Part shown: piece after piece, positions 22,187 through 31,491 of the stretch
Numbering within the stretch: position 1 is the stretch's first letter
Layout of the letters: each line of letters starts with the position of its first letter
NCBI GenBank assembly: GCA_017397685.1
Contig: JAFQID010000028.1
Coordinates: forward strand, 1 to 57,843
Direction of reading: 5' to 3'
From: Bacilli bacterium
Lineage (GTDB): Bacteria; Bacillota_I; Bacilli_A; RF39; UBA660
DNA: 57,843 bases
The notes under the pieces: generated by a model
What the model was told of the DNA's origin: nothing
Database searches by the model: none
What the model saw: the letters and a program-made list of their open reading frames with translations, nothing else
Program-made: the position numbers and the translations under genes

Positions 22187-22594
22187 TTATTTTTCATTTA
22201 TCCAATCATAATCAAAAATTTCATATTCTTTATATTCATTATTTTTATTCTTTTTATTATTATGTACGACATTTTTGTCGTACCCCTGCGACATTAATGT
22301 CGTACCTCCTATGACATTTTTGTCAGGGGTATCAAGTACAAAAATTTTTCTTTTTGTATTTTTATCGATGATTATTTTTATATATTTTTTATTTGAAAGA
22401 TTTTTTAATGTTCTTTGTACTTGTCTGTCTGAAATTTTAAACATATCACTAAAATATTTATTTGTTGCCCAACAATAACCTTTATCATTACATAATGCTG
22501 TTATTTCAGCATACATTAATTTTGCCGTTGAAGATAATTCGTTGTCATATCTAACGTATGCTGGTAAAATTGCATAAAAATTTCTTTGTTCCAT
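22187..22594 (-). CDS. Short phage-type replication initiator-like wHTH protein
   Basis: YAILPA.VRYD..L...AKL.Y.EI.AL....GYCWATN.YF; DKNV repeats; no C-terminal loader domain. Confidence 0.8.
   Translation of the reverse strand: MEQRNFYAILPAYVRYDNELSSTAKLMYAEITALCNDKGYCWATNKYFSDMFKISDRQVQRTLKNLSNKKYIKIIIDKNTKRKIFVLDTPDKNVIGGTTLMSQGYDKNVVHNNKKNKNNEYKEYEIFDYDWINEK
22267..22325. repeat. Three palindromic iteron-like boxes inside the initiator gene
   Basis: GACATTTTTGTC (22268), GACATTAATGTC (22290), GACATTTTTGTC (22313). Confidence 0.75.
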
Positions 22595-22678
22595 TTCTAT
22601 CACTTCCCTATTTTGTAATAAATTTATTTTTGCATTATTATTGTTTTAGTTTAAATAATTTTGAAATTTTGATCTTAT

Positions 22679-22791
22679 TTTTAATATTGACAACAGGGAC
22701 CTTATTTTGTGGTTTATTGGCTGTAAGGCCGAGGTATTACCTCAGCCTTTGGCTGACAGCCTACCACAAAAACCTATTGTCAATATTAAAA
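22679..22791. repeat. Long imperfect inverted repeat with GC-rich core
   Basis: TTAATATTGACAA/TTGTCAATATTAA, TTTTGTGGT/ACCACAAAA, GGCTGT/ACAGCC, AGGCCGAGGT/ACCTCAGCCT. Confidence 0.85.
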
Positions 22792-22925
22792 ACTTATATT
22801 TCTGCATTTAAGATTTTATATTGCAAAAATAAATTTATTTATCTAAATATACTAATTTTTTCTTTAAAACTAACGCTTTATAAATTAGTTTATGCTCATA
22901 TTTATTTTCATCATTTATTTTCATA

Positions 22926-23207
22926 TTATTGTCGTATAATAGAGTTTTTCTTATTAATTTTCCGTTGTTTGTCAAATAAATATAGTAATACATAATATTC
23001 TTCGTCCTTTCGTTCTAACCATTTACCATATTTTTTAAAATTAGAAAATAAAGTATCATCTTCGGTTTTAAAGCTATCTATTAATAATCCGTGATAAACA
23101 CTTTCATTTATTGGATTTTCTCTTGCATAGGTTATTTCATAATAATTCAAAATTTTTACTATCGAAATTATCATAAAAGCATCTTTTATTGGTTCAAACT
23201 TAATCAT
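22926..23207 (-). CDS. Hypothetical protein (93 aa)
   Basis: AAAGGAG RBS; no recognised motif. Confidence 0.6.
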   Translation of the reverse strand: MIKFEPIKDAFMIISIVKILNYYEITYARENPINESVYHGLLIDSFKTEDDTLFSNFKKYGKWLERKDEEYYVLLYLFDKQRKINKKNSIIRQ

Positions 23208-23229
23208 TTTTAACTCCTTTTTTACAAAT

Positions 23230-23408
23230 AAAAATGCAATAAAAATAATTTTTTATTGCAAACCCAGTCAAATAGGAGGCTCAGACCACTTTTATATGTC
23301 ATTACTACACCCCTATTAGTAGGGGGTGCTAATGACAATTTTTTTATCAATTTTGTCTTCCACGTACTGCTTTTGCGTGTAGTACACGCAAAATGCATTT
23401 TTTAAGTT
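23230..23408 (-). ncRNA. Putative structured small RNA, family unconfirmed
   Basis: TTGCAT-17-TATGTT promoter with TG (23443-23415); hairpins TTTTGCGTGT/ACACGCAAAA and GTCATTA..CCCCTA/TAGGGG..TAATGAC; terminator TGCAATAAAAA/TTTTTATTGCA; no ORF. Confidence 0.6.
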
Positions 23409-23558
23409 GTCTTAAACATAACATATTTTGTCATAAAATGCAAATTTTTAAAAGTCGACTTTTATATGAAATAACTATCACTTGACATAAATCTAAATTA
23501 TCGACAATGAAAATATAATAAAAAAATGCTAATATTTTAGCAAATTTTATTTAAATAA

Positions 23559-24320
23559 TTATACTTTTCTTGATTCTATTTCAGCTATTTTATTGAATAC
23601 TTCTGTTGCGTTATGTGTGTTAAGTTCTGTATATCCAAGTTCTTTTAAAGCTTGAACTCTAATTGTATTAAGTTGTTGTGTACGACTTAATTTTTCTTCT
23701 TTTTCTTGTTCGATTTCTTGTACGAATCTGTTATGTGAGTCTTCTAGACGACTTCTAGATGCTCCTCCGTTATTATATAGATTAAATGCTGTATATATTA
23801 TGCTTTCTAATATGAATTGTTTGTTTTCATCAAATTTGAATTCATTTGGATTTGTAAATCCAGTTTTCTTTGATAAATATCCTAGTATATATTTAATCTC
23901 AGGAACGTTATCAAGTGATTGTAATACATGGTAAAGGTATAAAAATGTGTAATATGTATCTTTCTTTTTATCTTCTGTGAATTTTTCTTTTATTAAGAAT
24001 ATAGTATCATTTAATAATTCTTGCTCTTCTTTTGTAAGATTTTTATAATTGAACATATTACTATTTATATCTTTAACATTTTGATTTAATCGCATTTCGA
24101 AGTTTTCTAAGTATTCACTTGTAACTTTAATGCTTTTTAGTGATCCTTCATCTTCGATATCTAATAATTTTAATAATAGTAATCTTTTTTCTTGTGGCCA
24201 CTTACTTAAACTATCTAGTTCTAAGTAATTATATATCATTTGTCTTGATACGCCTAAATATTTAGCTAATTTAACTTTTGAAATTCCTATTTCTGATAAT
24301 ACTCTGTTTAATTCTGTCAT
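23559..24320 (-). CDS. Protein with N-terminal XRE-type HTH
   Basis: ISKVKLAKYLGVSRQMIYNYL; AGGAGAGG RBS before MTELN. Confidence 0.8.
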   Translation of the reverse strand: MTELNRVLSEIGISKVKLAKYLGVSRQMIYNYLELDSLSKWPQEKRLLLLKLLDIEDEGSLKSIKVTSEYLENFEMRLNQNVKDINSNMFNYKNLTKEEQELLNDTIFLIKEKFTEDKKKDTYYTFLYLYHVLQSLDNVPEIKYILGYLSKKTGFTNPNEFKFDENKQFILESIIYTAFNLYNNGGASRSRLEDSHNRFVQEIEQEKEEKLSRTQQLNTIRVQALKELGYTELNTHNATEVFNKIAEIESRKV

Positions 24321-24444
24321 ACTACCCTCTCCTATCATATATGTTAATTGTACAACAGTTTACAGTTTCTTGTCAATGGTTTTTGTTAATTATTTTTCAA
24401 TAAAAAATGGTTAAAATATAATTATATTTCGACACGTTATTTTT

Positions 24445-25539
24445 TTAATTTATATACCAAATTTTTTCTCCGTTATTTCTAACTTCTTTTATTATTCCAC
24501 CGCCTATACATTGCTCGCCTAAATATAGTACTGCGGCTTGTCCAGGTGTAACTGATTTTGCATTTTCATATTTTAATAATATTTCGTTGTTTTCTAAATA
24601 CTCGATTTGTACTGGAATATCTTCGCTTCTATATCTAAATTTGCATGTTGCGAATGCGGGGTGTTTTGCATATAAGAAGTTTAGATTTTCAATTATTGCT
24701 TCATTTGATTCTAAGTATTTTGAATCTTCTCCATATGCTATATATAAAATGTTTTTCTCATTATCTTTACCACAAACATAATGTCTTTGTTTATCTCCAG
24801 AAAGTCCTACATTTCTTCTTTGTCCGATTGTGTAGTTCATGAGTCCATTGTGTTTTCCAACTACATTTTTTGTTTCTATGTCTATTATGTTACCTGGAGT
24901 TCTTTTTAGGTAGTTTGATACGAATTTTTGATAATTTCTTTCACCTATGAAGCATATGCCTGTTGAATCTTTTTTATTATGTACTGGAATATTATTTTCT
25001 TTTGCGATTTGTCTTACTTCTTCTTTTGTAAGGTGTCCTATTGGAAATAATACATCTTTTAGTTGTTCATTAGATACTTGTGATAAAAAGTAAGTTTGAT
25101 CTTTATTGTTATCTACGCCTCTAAGTAGTCTATTACCTTCTATTCTTGCGTAGTGTCCGGTTGCAATTTTATCCGCTCCTAATCTTTTTGCTTCTTCTTT
25201 AAATTTATCAAATTTTATATATTTATTGCACATTATATCTGGGTTAGGTGTTCTACCCTTTTTTAATTCATTTAGAAAGTATGAAAATACATCATCCCAG
25301 TATTCTTTTATAAAATCTACTCTATATAAAGGTATTGATAGTTCATCGCATACCGCTTTAGCATCTCTATAGTCAAGTTCTTGAGGACATATACCATCTG
25401 TTATTCCCTCTATATCGTTATTTATGTTTGAGTCCCAGTTTTTCATAAATAGCCCTACTACGTCATATCCTTGTTGTTTTAGTAAAAGAGCCGCAACAGC
25501 TGAGTCTACTCCACCACTTATACCTACTACTACTTTCAT
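24445..25539 (-). CDS. mnmA: tRNA 2-thiouridylase
   Basis: SGGVDS, GRTPNPDIMCN, ATGHY, KDQTYFL, KKDSTGICFIGE, TPGQ. Confidence 0.98.
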   Translation of the reverse strand: MKVVVGISGGVDSAVAALLLKQQGYDVVGLFMKNWDSNINNDIEGITDGICPQELDYRDAKAVCDELSIPLYRVDFIKEYWDDVFSYFLNELKKGRTPNPDIMCNKYIKFDKFKEEAKRLGADKIATGHYARIEGNRLLRGVDNNKDQTYFLSQVSNEQLKDVLFPIGHLTKEEVRQIAKENNIPVHNKKDSTGICFIGERNYQKFVSNYLKRTPGNIIDIETKNVVGKHNGLMNYTIGQRRNVGLSGDKQRHYVCGKDNEKNILYIAYGEDSKYLESNEAIIENLNFLYAKHPAFATCKFRYRSEDIPVQIEYLENNEILLKYENAKSVTPGQAAVLYLGEQCIGGGIIKEVRNNGEKIWYIN

Positions 25540-25584
25540 AATAATATCTCCTTTTTCGAGATAATTATACTACTTTTTTAATAA

Positions 25585-26169
25585 TTATGATACTAGTTTT
25601 AATATATTTGGCACTATATATGTTTCTATAAGAGTATTTATTAATAATAAAAATGTTAATATTAAATATATTATAGTGTAATTTTTTATGTAATTTTTTA
25701 AGTTTATTGATGTATTGTTTTTTATTATTTTAAATGTTTTTATAGCAAACTTAATACTATAAAATGACATTATTATAAGCAATAATATATTTAATATATA
25801 AGGTAGTGATAATATAATCGCGTAAAGCAAGCCTTTTATTTTGAATACTGCGATTATATTTGTTAGTGAGAAACCTATTATAAATGATTTTAAAAATAAT
25901 AAAATTGGTGGAATAAAAAATAATACAAATATAATACCTGATATCCATATTATAGTTAAATATTTTAAGTTTGATACTAGAGATGTAAAAAAACTTTGCC
26001 CATAGTTAAATGTACTATTTTGAATCATGTTGATGTAGTTTATTAATGTTGTACTAATTGATAATTTTTCGTTTTCGTTCGTAATAAAATATAATGTTAT
26101 TCCTAATATAATTCCTACTATTATTAAAGCTACAAATCTTTTTACTAGTTTTGTTTTTAATATTTTCAT
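25585..26169 (-). CDS. spoIIM: Stage II sporulation protein M-like membrane protein
   Basis: NLKY..IIWISG, LLFLKSF.IGFS, C-terminal IETYIVP; multiple TMs. Confidence 0.75.
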   Translation of the reverse strand: MKILKTKLVKRFVALIIVGIILGITLYFITNENEKLSISTTLINYINMIQNSTFNYGQSFFTSLVSNLKYLTIIWISGIIFVLFFIPPILLFLKSFIIGFSLTNIIAVFKIKGLLYAIILSLPYILNILLLIIMSFYSIKFAIKTFKIIKNNTSINLKNYIKNYTIIYLILTFLLLINTLIETYIVPNILKLVS

Positions 26170-26235
26170 ATTTAATTATATATTGCTTCTTTATTTTTTA
26201 TTACTTTTTTAGTATAATATTTTTGAGGTATTATT

Positions 26236-26343
26236 ATGAAAAAGAAAACTAAATTATTTTTGAAAAGATTTGCTGTGTGGACTTTATTAATTTTAATGGT
26301 AGTTGGTTTGTTTGCAACAGCTATTATGGTTCTTTTTAATTAA
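26236..26343 (+). CDS. 35-aa single-TM microprotein (DUF4044/Prli42-like); not in the ORF track
   Basis: GAGGT RBS; MKKKTKLFLKRFAVWTLLILMVVGLFATAIMVLFN; TATAAT upstream and hairpin downstream. Confidence 0.7.
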   Translation: MKKKTKLFLKRFAVWTLLILMVVGLFATAIMVLFN

Positions 26344-26403
26344 ACATTAGTATATGTTTTTATAATTAAAAACTAGCATTAAAAGCTAGTTGTTTTTTTT
26401 ATT

Positions 26404-26479
26404 TGGTGGACCGTTAGGGATTCGAACCCTAGACCCATCGATTAAGAGTCGATTGCTCTACCAGCTGAGCTAACAGTCC
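26404..26479 (-). tRNA. tRNA-Lys(CUU)
   Basis: GGACTGTTAGCTCAG...ATCGA-CT-CTT-AA-TCGAT...GGTTCGAATCC...CCA. Confidence 0.96.
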
Positions 26480-26567
26480 GTAATTAATAATTACTTTGTT
26501 ATTATAACACTATTTATTTTAAAAATAAATATTTTTGTAAAATTTTCTTAAAAAAAGAGAGAGTTTT

Positions 26568-27572
26568 TTACTCTTCTTGTTGTTTCATAGCGAAATTATA
26601 TGCATCTTTACACATGTCATCTATATCTAATGATGCTTCCCAATCTAATTTTTCTTTTGCATAGCATGGATCTGCATAACATGCATCTATATCTCCTAGA
26701 CGTCTATCTACTATTTTGTATTTTATATTTATATTATTTACTTTCATGAATGTGTTTACTATTTCTAGCACGCTATATCCTTTTCCTGTTCCAAGATTAT
26801 ATGTATCTATTCCTTTTTGTTTATTGATTAATTCTAGGGCTTTAATGTGTCCTTTTGCTAAATCAATAACATGTATATAATCTCTTACGCCTGTTCCGTC
26901 TTTTGTATTATAATCATTTCCAAATATATTTAAATATTCTAGTTTTTTTGTTGCAACTTTTACAATATATGGCATTAAATTATTTGGTGTATCATTTGGG
27001 TCTTCTCCGATTAGTGCTGATTTATGTGCACCTATTGGATTAAAGTATCTTAAAATAGCTATAGACCAGTTATTATCGGTTTTTGCTACGTCATTTAATA
27101 TGTTTTCTATCATTAGTTTTGTTGTTCCATACGGATTAGTAGTTGATAAAGGAAATGATTCTTTTATTGGAAGAGTTTTTGGATTACCATAAACTGTAGC
27201 ACTAGATGAAAATACTAGTTTTTTACAGTTATATTCATTCATTACTTCTAATAATGTAATAGTTGAGATAAGATTATTATTATAGTATTTTAATGGATTT
27301 TTAACTGATTCTCCAACCGCTTTAAATCCTGCGAAATGCATTACTGCATCTATTTTATTTTCGTTAAATATTTTTGTTAAAATGTTTTTATCAGCACAGT
27401 CTCCTTTGTAAAATTTGAAGTTTTTATTTGTTATTGTTTTTATTTTATCTACTACTTCTTTTTTTGAATTGGATAAGTTATCTAAAAGTATTATTTCATA
27501 ATTAGATTCAAGTAATTCAACTGCGGTGTGGCTTGCTATATATCCTGTTCCACCGGTTACTAATATTTTCAT
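26568..27572 (-). CDS. galE: UDP-glucose 4-epimerase
   Basis: TGGTGYI, HFAGFKAVGES, FSSSATVYG, YGTTK, LRYFNP, DGTGVRDYIHV. Confidence 0.97.
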   Translation of the reverse strand: MKILVTGGTGYIASHTAVELLESNYEIILLDNLSNSKKEVVDKIKTITNKNFKFYKGDCADKNILTKIFNENKIDAVMHFAGFKAVGESVKNPLKYYNNNLISTITLLEVMNEYNCKKLVFSSSATVYGNPKTLPIKESFPLSTTNPYGTTKLMIENILNDVAKTDNNWSIAILRYFNPIGAHKSALIGEDPNDTPNNLMPYIVKVATKKLEYLNIFGNDYNTKDGTGVRDYIHVIDLAKGHIKALELINKQKGIDTYNLGTGKGYSVLEIVNTFMKVNNINIKYKIVDRRLGDIDACYADPCYAKEKLDWEASLDIDDMCKDAYNFAMKQQEE

Positions 27573-28840
27573 TCTATTACCTCTTTTTGTTTAATATTTC
27601 TTATTATTTCACCATTTTCCATTGTATAATTTTTTATTTGGGCAAGTTTTGATATGTTTACTATTTCGTAGCCCATTTCTTTTAACTTTGGTAACACTAT
27701 TTTTACGGCTTCTAGAGTTTCTGGGTATACATCATGTAAAAGAACTATTGAACCATCACTTGCGTTAGAGAGAATATGATTGCTTATAGTAGTGCTGTTT
27801 CTATTTAACCAGTCTTTTGGATCTATATTCCATAATATAAGTGGATATGGTACTATTTGTTGTAATTTGTTATTGTAATTGCCATATGGTGGTCTTAAGT
27901 ATTTTATATCTTTTCCTGTTAAAGTATTATATTTTATTTGTACTGAGTTTATTTCATTTAATAACTCTTCTTCACTTATTTTTGTTAAATATTTATGTGA
28001 GTATGAGTGTGATCCGATTTCACTATTTGAATTACTTATATTTTTAATGAGATTTTCATATTTATCCATTTTATTACCGAGTACAAAGAATGTTGCAGAT
28101 GCATTATTTAACTCTAGTGTTGTTAGTATATCTTTTGTATATTCGCTTGGTCCGTCATCAAATGTAAATGATATAAACTTTGTAGTTTCATCATATGTTG
28201 TTTCATCGTAGACAACTGTTTCAGATGAAAGATTTAATACTATGTTTGGAATATAATTTATATTATCGAATTTAATATCATTAAAGTATATTTCTATTTT
28301 TTTATCAGATATTATATATGTATGGTTGTTTATGTTACTATTTTTTATTTGTTCATATATTTGTGATGAGTATTTATGATATGCTAAGCTGTTAATTTCT
28401 TCTGTTAGATATTCTTTATCGTATATGTTTGAAATATAGTCTACTTTGTTGTTTTCTAAGTTTATCAGTATATTATGATTTTTAATGTTTGTTAAAGAGT
28501 TTTCTATATTGAATACTATATTTAAATAGTTATCAAAATAATGCAGATCGTAAGTTATATCTAATACTTTTTGTATTTGGTCAAACTTTTTAAAATCTTT
28601 TATATAGTCATATATATAATTTGTTATTATTTTTGTTATTTTAGAATTGCTAAATCTTGGATAGTCAACATTTATAGTATAGTTTTCTGATGTACTACTT
28701 ATTGTGTAAGTTGTTACATTAGGTTTTTCTTCTTTTTTGATGTCTTTTGAAAATAACATTATTATAAATAATGCTACTAATAATATTGAAATGCTTATAA
28801 AGAATTTATATAAATTGTTTTTATTATTTATTAGAAACAT
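27569..28840 (-). CDS. Membrane-anchored polysaccharide/peptidoglycan deacetylase (NodB domain, PgdA/PdaC-like)
   Basis: TFDDGP, HSYSH, RPPYG, DPKDW, LLHD; N-terminal TM. Confidence 0.9.
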   Translation of the reverse strand: MFLINNKNNLYKFFISISILLVALFIIMLFSKDIKKEEKPNVTTYTISSTSENYTINVDYPRFSNSKITKIITNYIYDYIKDFKKFDQIQKVLDITYDLHYFDNYLNIVFNIENSLTNIKNHNILINLENNKVDYISNIYDKEYLTEEINSLAYHKYSSQIYEQIKNSNINNHTYIISDKKIEIYFNDIKFDNINYIPNIVLNLSSETVVYDETTYDETTKFISFTFDDGPSEYTKDILTTLELNNASATFFVLGNKMDKYENLIKNISNSNSEIGSHSYSHKYLTKISEEELLNEINSVQIKYNTLTGKDIKYLRPPYGNYNNKLQQIVPYPLILWNIDPKDWLNRNSTTISNHILSNASDGSIVLLHDVYPETLEAVKIVLPKLKEMGYEIVNISKLAQIKNYTMENGEIIRNIKQKEVIE

Positions 28841-28963
28841 CTTATCACCTTTTCTATTTTTTATCGTATATATATAATATATCATATTTTTATCATTTTT
28901 CCATATTTTTTTATAAAAAAATGTTGAAAGTTGATTTTTTTTGTGTTATTATTAAATGGCAGT

Positions 28964-29040
28964 GGACCTTTAGCTCAGTTGGTTAGAGCATCCGGCTCAT
29001 AACCGGGCGGTCGTAGGTTCGAGTCCTACAAGGTCCACCA
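28964..29040 (+). tRNA. tRNA with CAU anticodon, most likely Ile2 (lysidine)
   Basis: GGACCTTTAGCTCAGTTGGTTAGAGC...CT-CAT-AA...AGGTCCACCA, matching the Bacilli Ile2 body. Confidence 0.9.
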
Positions 29041-29043
29041 ACT

Positions 29044-29128
29044 GCAGGTGTGGCGGAATTGGCAGACGCACTAGACTTAGGATCTAGCGGAGAAATCCAT
29101 GGGGGTTCAAGTCCCTTCACCTGCACCA
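29044..29128 (+). tRNA. tRNA-Leu(UAG)
   Basis: GCAGGTG acceptor stem, CTAGA-CT-TAG-GA-TCTAG, long variable arm, CCA. Confidence 0.96.
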
Positions 29129-29140
29129 TTATAGATTAAT

Positions 29141-29167
29141 GCGAACACCAAAGTGTTCGTTTTTTTG
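29141..29167 (+). terminator. Terminator after the tRNA pair
   Basis: GCGAACAC-caaa-GTGTTCGT plus T run. Confidence 0.8.
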
Positions 29168-29204
29168 CTATTTATATGTTATAATAATCATATGGTGATT
29201 TAAT

Positions 29205-30170
29205 ATGTTAGGATTTGAAGATTGTTTTGAAAAATTATTTGAAAATAAAAACTATTTAGTGGGTAAGATATTTCATTTTAGGGTGCCTTCAAACAAAGAA
29301 AAAGGATTTAATTTTGAATATATTTTAATGGTACCTGAAAAGATAAATGAAAATACATCATTAATATACGAAGGAATGAATTATTCAACTAACAAGAACT
29401 TTAGCGAGAAAGAAGCAATAGATTATATTTATGAGAATTCAAAGTCTTTTAGAAATCCGATTTTTAAATGCAATAATGAAACTAATTATCCAATTATAAT
29501 GCCATTAATTCCAAGATATTATGATGATGATCTAGGTATAGAAGTATTTACTACTCAATTTTCTAGTACTTGTTTGTTAGATAGTATTAAAGAAAAGTAT
29601 AAAAGAATAGATAATCAAATAGTAAATATGATTGATGACGCAATTGAAAGATTAAATAAGAATAGTATTAAAGTAGATAAAAAGATAATAATTCATGGAT
29701 TTTCGTCATCAGCTAAATTTGCTAATAGATTTACTATACTTCATCCATCTCGTGTTAAATTATGTATTGCTGGTGGTTTGGCAGGATTCTTAACTTTACC
29801 AATAAGAGAACTAAATGGAGAAAGACTAATTTATCCCGTAGGCATTGGTAATATTAGTGAAATTACTGATGACATGTTAGAAGAGTTTAAAAAAATCAAA
29901 CAATATTATTACCAAGGTAATCAAGATAAAATTGATGCGTTTGCGAGTACAAAAGATGACAATTATGATCCATATTTCAAATCAATTATTAGCCATGATG
30001 AGCTAGTTTTGTTATATAAGATTCTAGGAAGAAAAATTGAAGATAGATGGTCTAAAACACAATACTATTATAATTCAATATGTAAAAATGTTTTATTTAA
30101 AACATATAATGGTGGACATGAAGAAACTGATGAAATAATTAATGATATTTCACAATTATTAAAAGGATGA
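29205..30170 (+). CDS. Putative alpha/beta-hydrolase
   Basis: IHGFSSSAKFANRF...HP nucleophile elbow, G.QD, C-terminal GGHE. Confidence 0.7.
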   Translation: MLGFEDCFEKLFENKNYLVGKIFHFRVPSNKEKGFNFEYILMVPEKINENTSLIYEGMNYSTNKNFSEKEAIDYIYENSKSFRNPIFKCNNETNYPIIMPLIPRYYDDDLGIEVFTTQFSSTCLLDSIKEKYKRIDNQIVNMIDDAIERLNKNSIKVDKKIIIHGFSSSAKFANRFTILHPSRVKLCIAGGLAGFLTLPIRELNGERLIYPVGIGNISEITDDMLEEFKKIKQYYYQGNQDKIDAFASTKDDNYDPYFKSIISHDELVLLYKILGRKIEDRWSKTQYYYNSICKNVLFKTYNGGHEETDEIINDISQLLKG

Positions 30171-30355
30171 TATTAAATTTGTTATATAATTTGCAGTTTT
30201 TTGTTATAAAGTTGTTTACTTATTCTAGGAATAAGAGTAGAATCGAGATTGTAATGAGATGAGGCTAATGTGTTCAGTAGCTGTCGGTTACAGGCACCAC
30301 TTAGATATTTAAGGTCTAGATAGAGTTCTTTTATTTTAAAAATTTGGGAGTTTTT

Positions 30356-30898
30356 ATGGAAATTGTTATTAATGAATATGATTTAAAATTAAGTGAGATA
30401 CAAGAAGTTAGTTCAAAAGTTAGGGCTTTTTTGGTTGATGAAAATGATAACTTACTAGTAGCTAATTATCATAATGTTATTTTACTTCCTGGTGGTAAGA
30501 TAGATAAAGATGAAACAATTTTTAATGCTATTAATAGAGAATTATCAGAAGAAATTGGTCAATGTTATACTGAAGAAGAATTAGATTTTTTCTTAACTTT
30601 AAAGTATTATCAAAAAAATTATCCTAAAGGTGATGATATAAAAGTAAATCGATTATTAATAACTCATTATTTTACTGGTAAATATAAAGAAATTAATAGA
30701 GATTTTCAAAAACTTACAGAAAGAGAGAAAAATGGAAATTTTAAGTTAGAATTAGTACCTTTAAGTGATTTAGAGGATTACATTCTTAATAATAATAATG
30801 ATAATCCTAGAAATGTTTATTTTCAAAATGAATTATTAATTGTTAATTCATATTTTAGATGTTTTAAAAATAATAAAAATGTTAAAATTTTAAAATGA
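30356..30898 (+). CDS. NUDIX hydrolase
   Basis: LPGGKIDKDETIFNAINRELSEEIG Nudix box. Confidence 0.9.
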   Translation: MEIVINEYDLKLSEIQEVSSKVRAFLVDENDNLLVANYHNVILLPGGKIDKDETIFNAINRELSEEIGQCYTEEELDFFLTLKYYQKNYPKGDDIKVNRLLITHYFTGKYKEINRDFQKLTEREKNGNFKLELVPLSDLEDYILNNNNDNPRNVYFQNELLIVNSYFRCFKNNKNVKILK

Positions 30899-30963
30899 GT
30901 GTTATTGTTGTTTTTATAAAGTTATTTACTTATATTTTGTTTTTGATATAATATTATTAATGT

Positions 30964-31038
30964 TACCCAGTGGCCAAGTGGTAAGGCATCGGATTCTGAC
31001 TCCGAGATTCATAGGTTCGAATCCTATCTGGGTAACCA
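30964..31038 (+). tRNA. tRNA-Gln(CUG)
   Basis: TACCCAG/CTGGGTA acceptor (U1-A72), TCGGA-TT-CTG-AC-TCCGA, GGTTCGAATCC, CCA. Confidence 0.93.
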
Positions 31039-31065
31039 TTTTTTTTATGTAAAAAAAAGAAAAGA

Positions 31066-31491
31066 TTAATCTCTTCCTTCTAATTTACATAATAAGTCTA
31101 TTTTAAACATTTCTTTTTGTGCATTTGCTTTTGATATCATTATTCCTTTATATGCTGTTAATTCTGATTTGTGACCATCTAATAATATACCTTTTGGTTC
31201 TAAGTTATTTAAAAGTACTGTTCCTTCGTTTTTATAAACTGTATAATTTAGTTTAACTTCTCCATATACTTTTACGAATAATGAATCTGTTGGTAATCTT
31301 AAATCATAATTTTCTGTTTGATTATGTTTGTCTATTGATACAAGATCTCCAACAAACTCTCCACTTCTTAATTTTGGATAGTAATCAAACATAAGTTTTT
31401 TATAAGCTACCATGTTATATTTTTTTAAACTTCTTTCTAATTTTTTAAAATTATTTTCGTCTAAATAATCTAAAATAAATCTACCTTTCAT
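31066..31491 (-). CDS. Hypothetical protein (141 aa)
   Basis: AAGGGGG RBS; TTGACA/TATAAT upstream; no recognised motif. Confidence 0.75.
   Translation of the reverse strand: MKGRFILDYLDENNFKKLERSLKKYNMVAYKKLMFDYYPKLRSGEFVGDLVSIDKHNQTENYDLRLPTDSLFVKVYGEVKLNYTVYKNEGTVLLNNLEPKGILLDGHKSELTAYKGIMISKANAQKEMFKIDLLCKLEGRD

Noticed and set aside
22558-22995. 145-aa plus-strand ORF across the long hairpin
   Set aside because: No RBS, Leu/Phe-rich shadow composition, overlaps two minus-strand genes
22000-23560. Intact prophage or integrated plasmid
   Set aside because: Only one truncated initiator; no integrase, structural or transfer genes
28964-29040. Initiator or elongator tRNA-Met
   Set aside because: Lacks the fMet C1:A72 mismatch and GGG/CCC anticodon stem; the body fits Ile2 better
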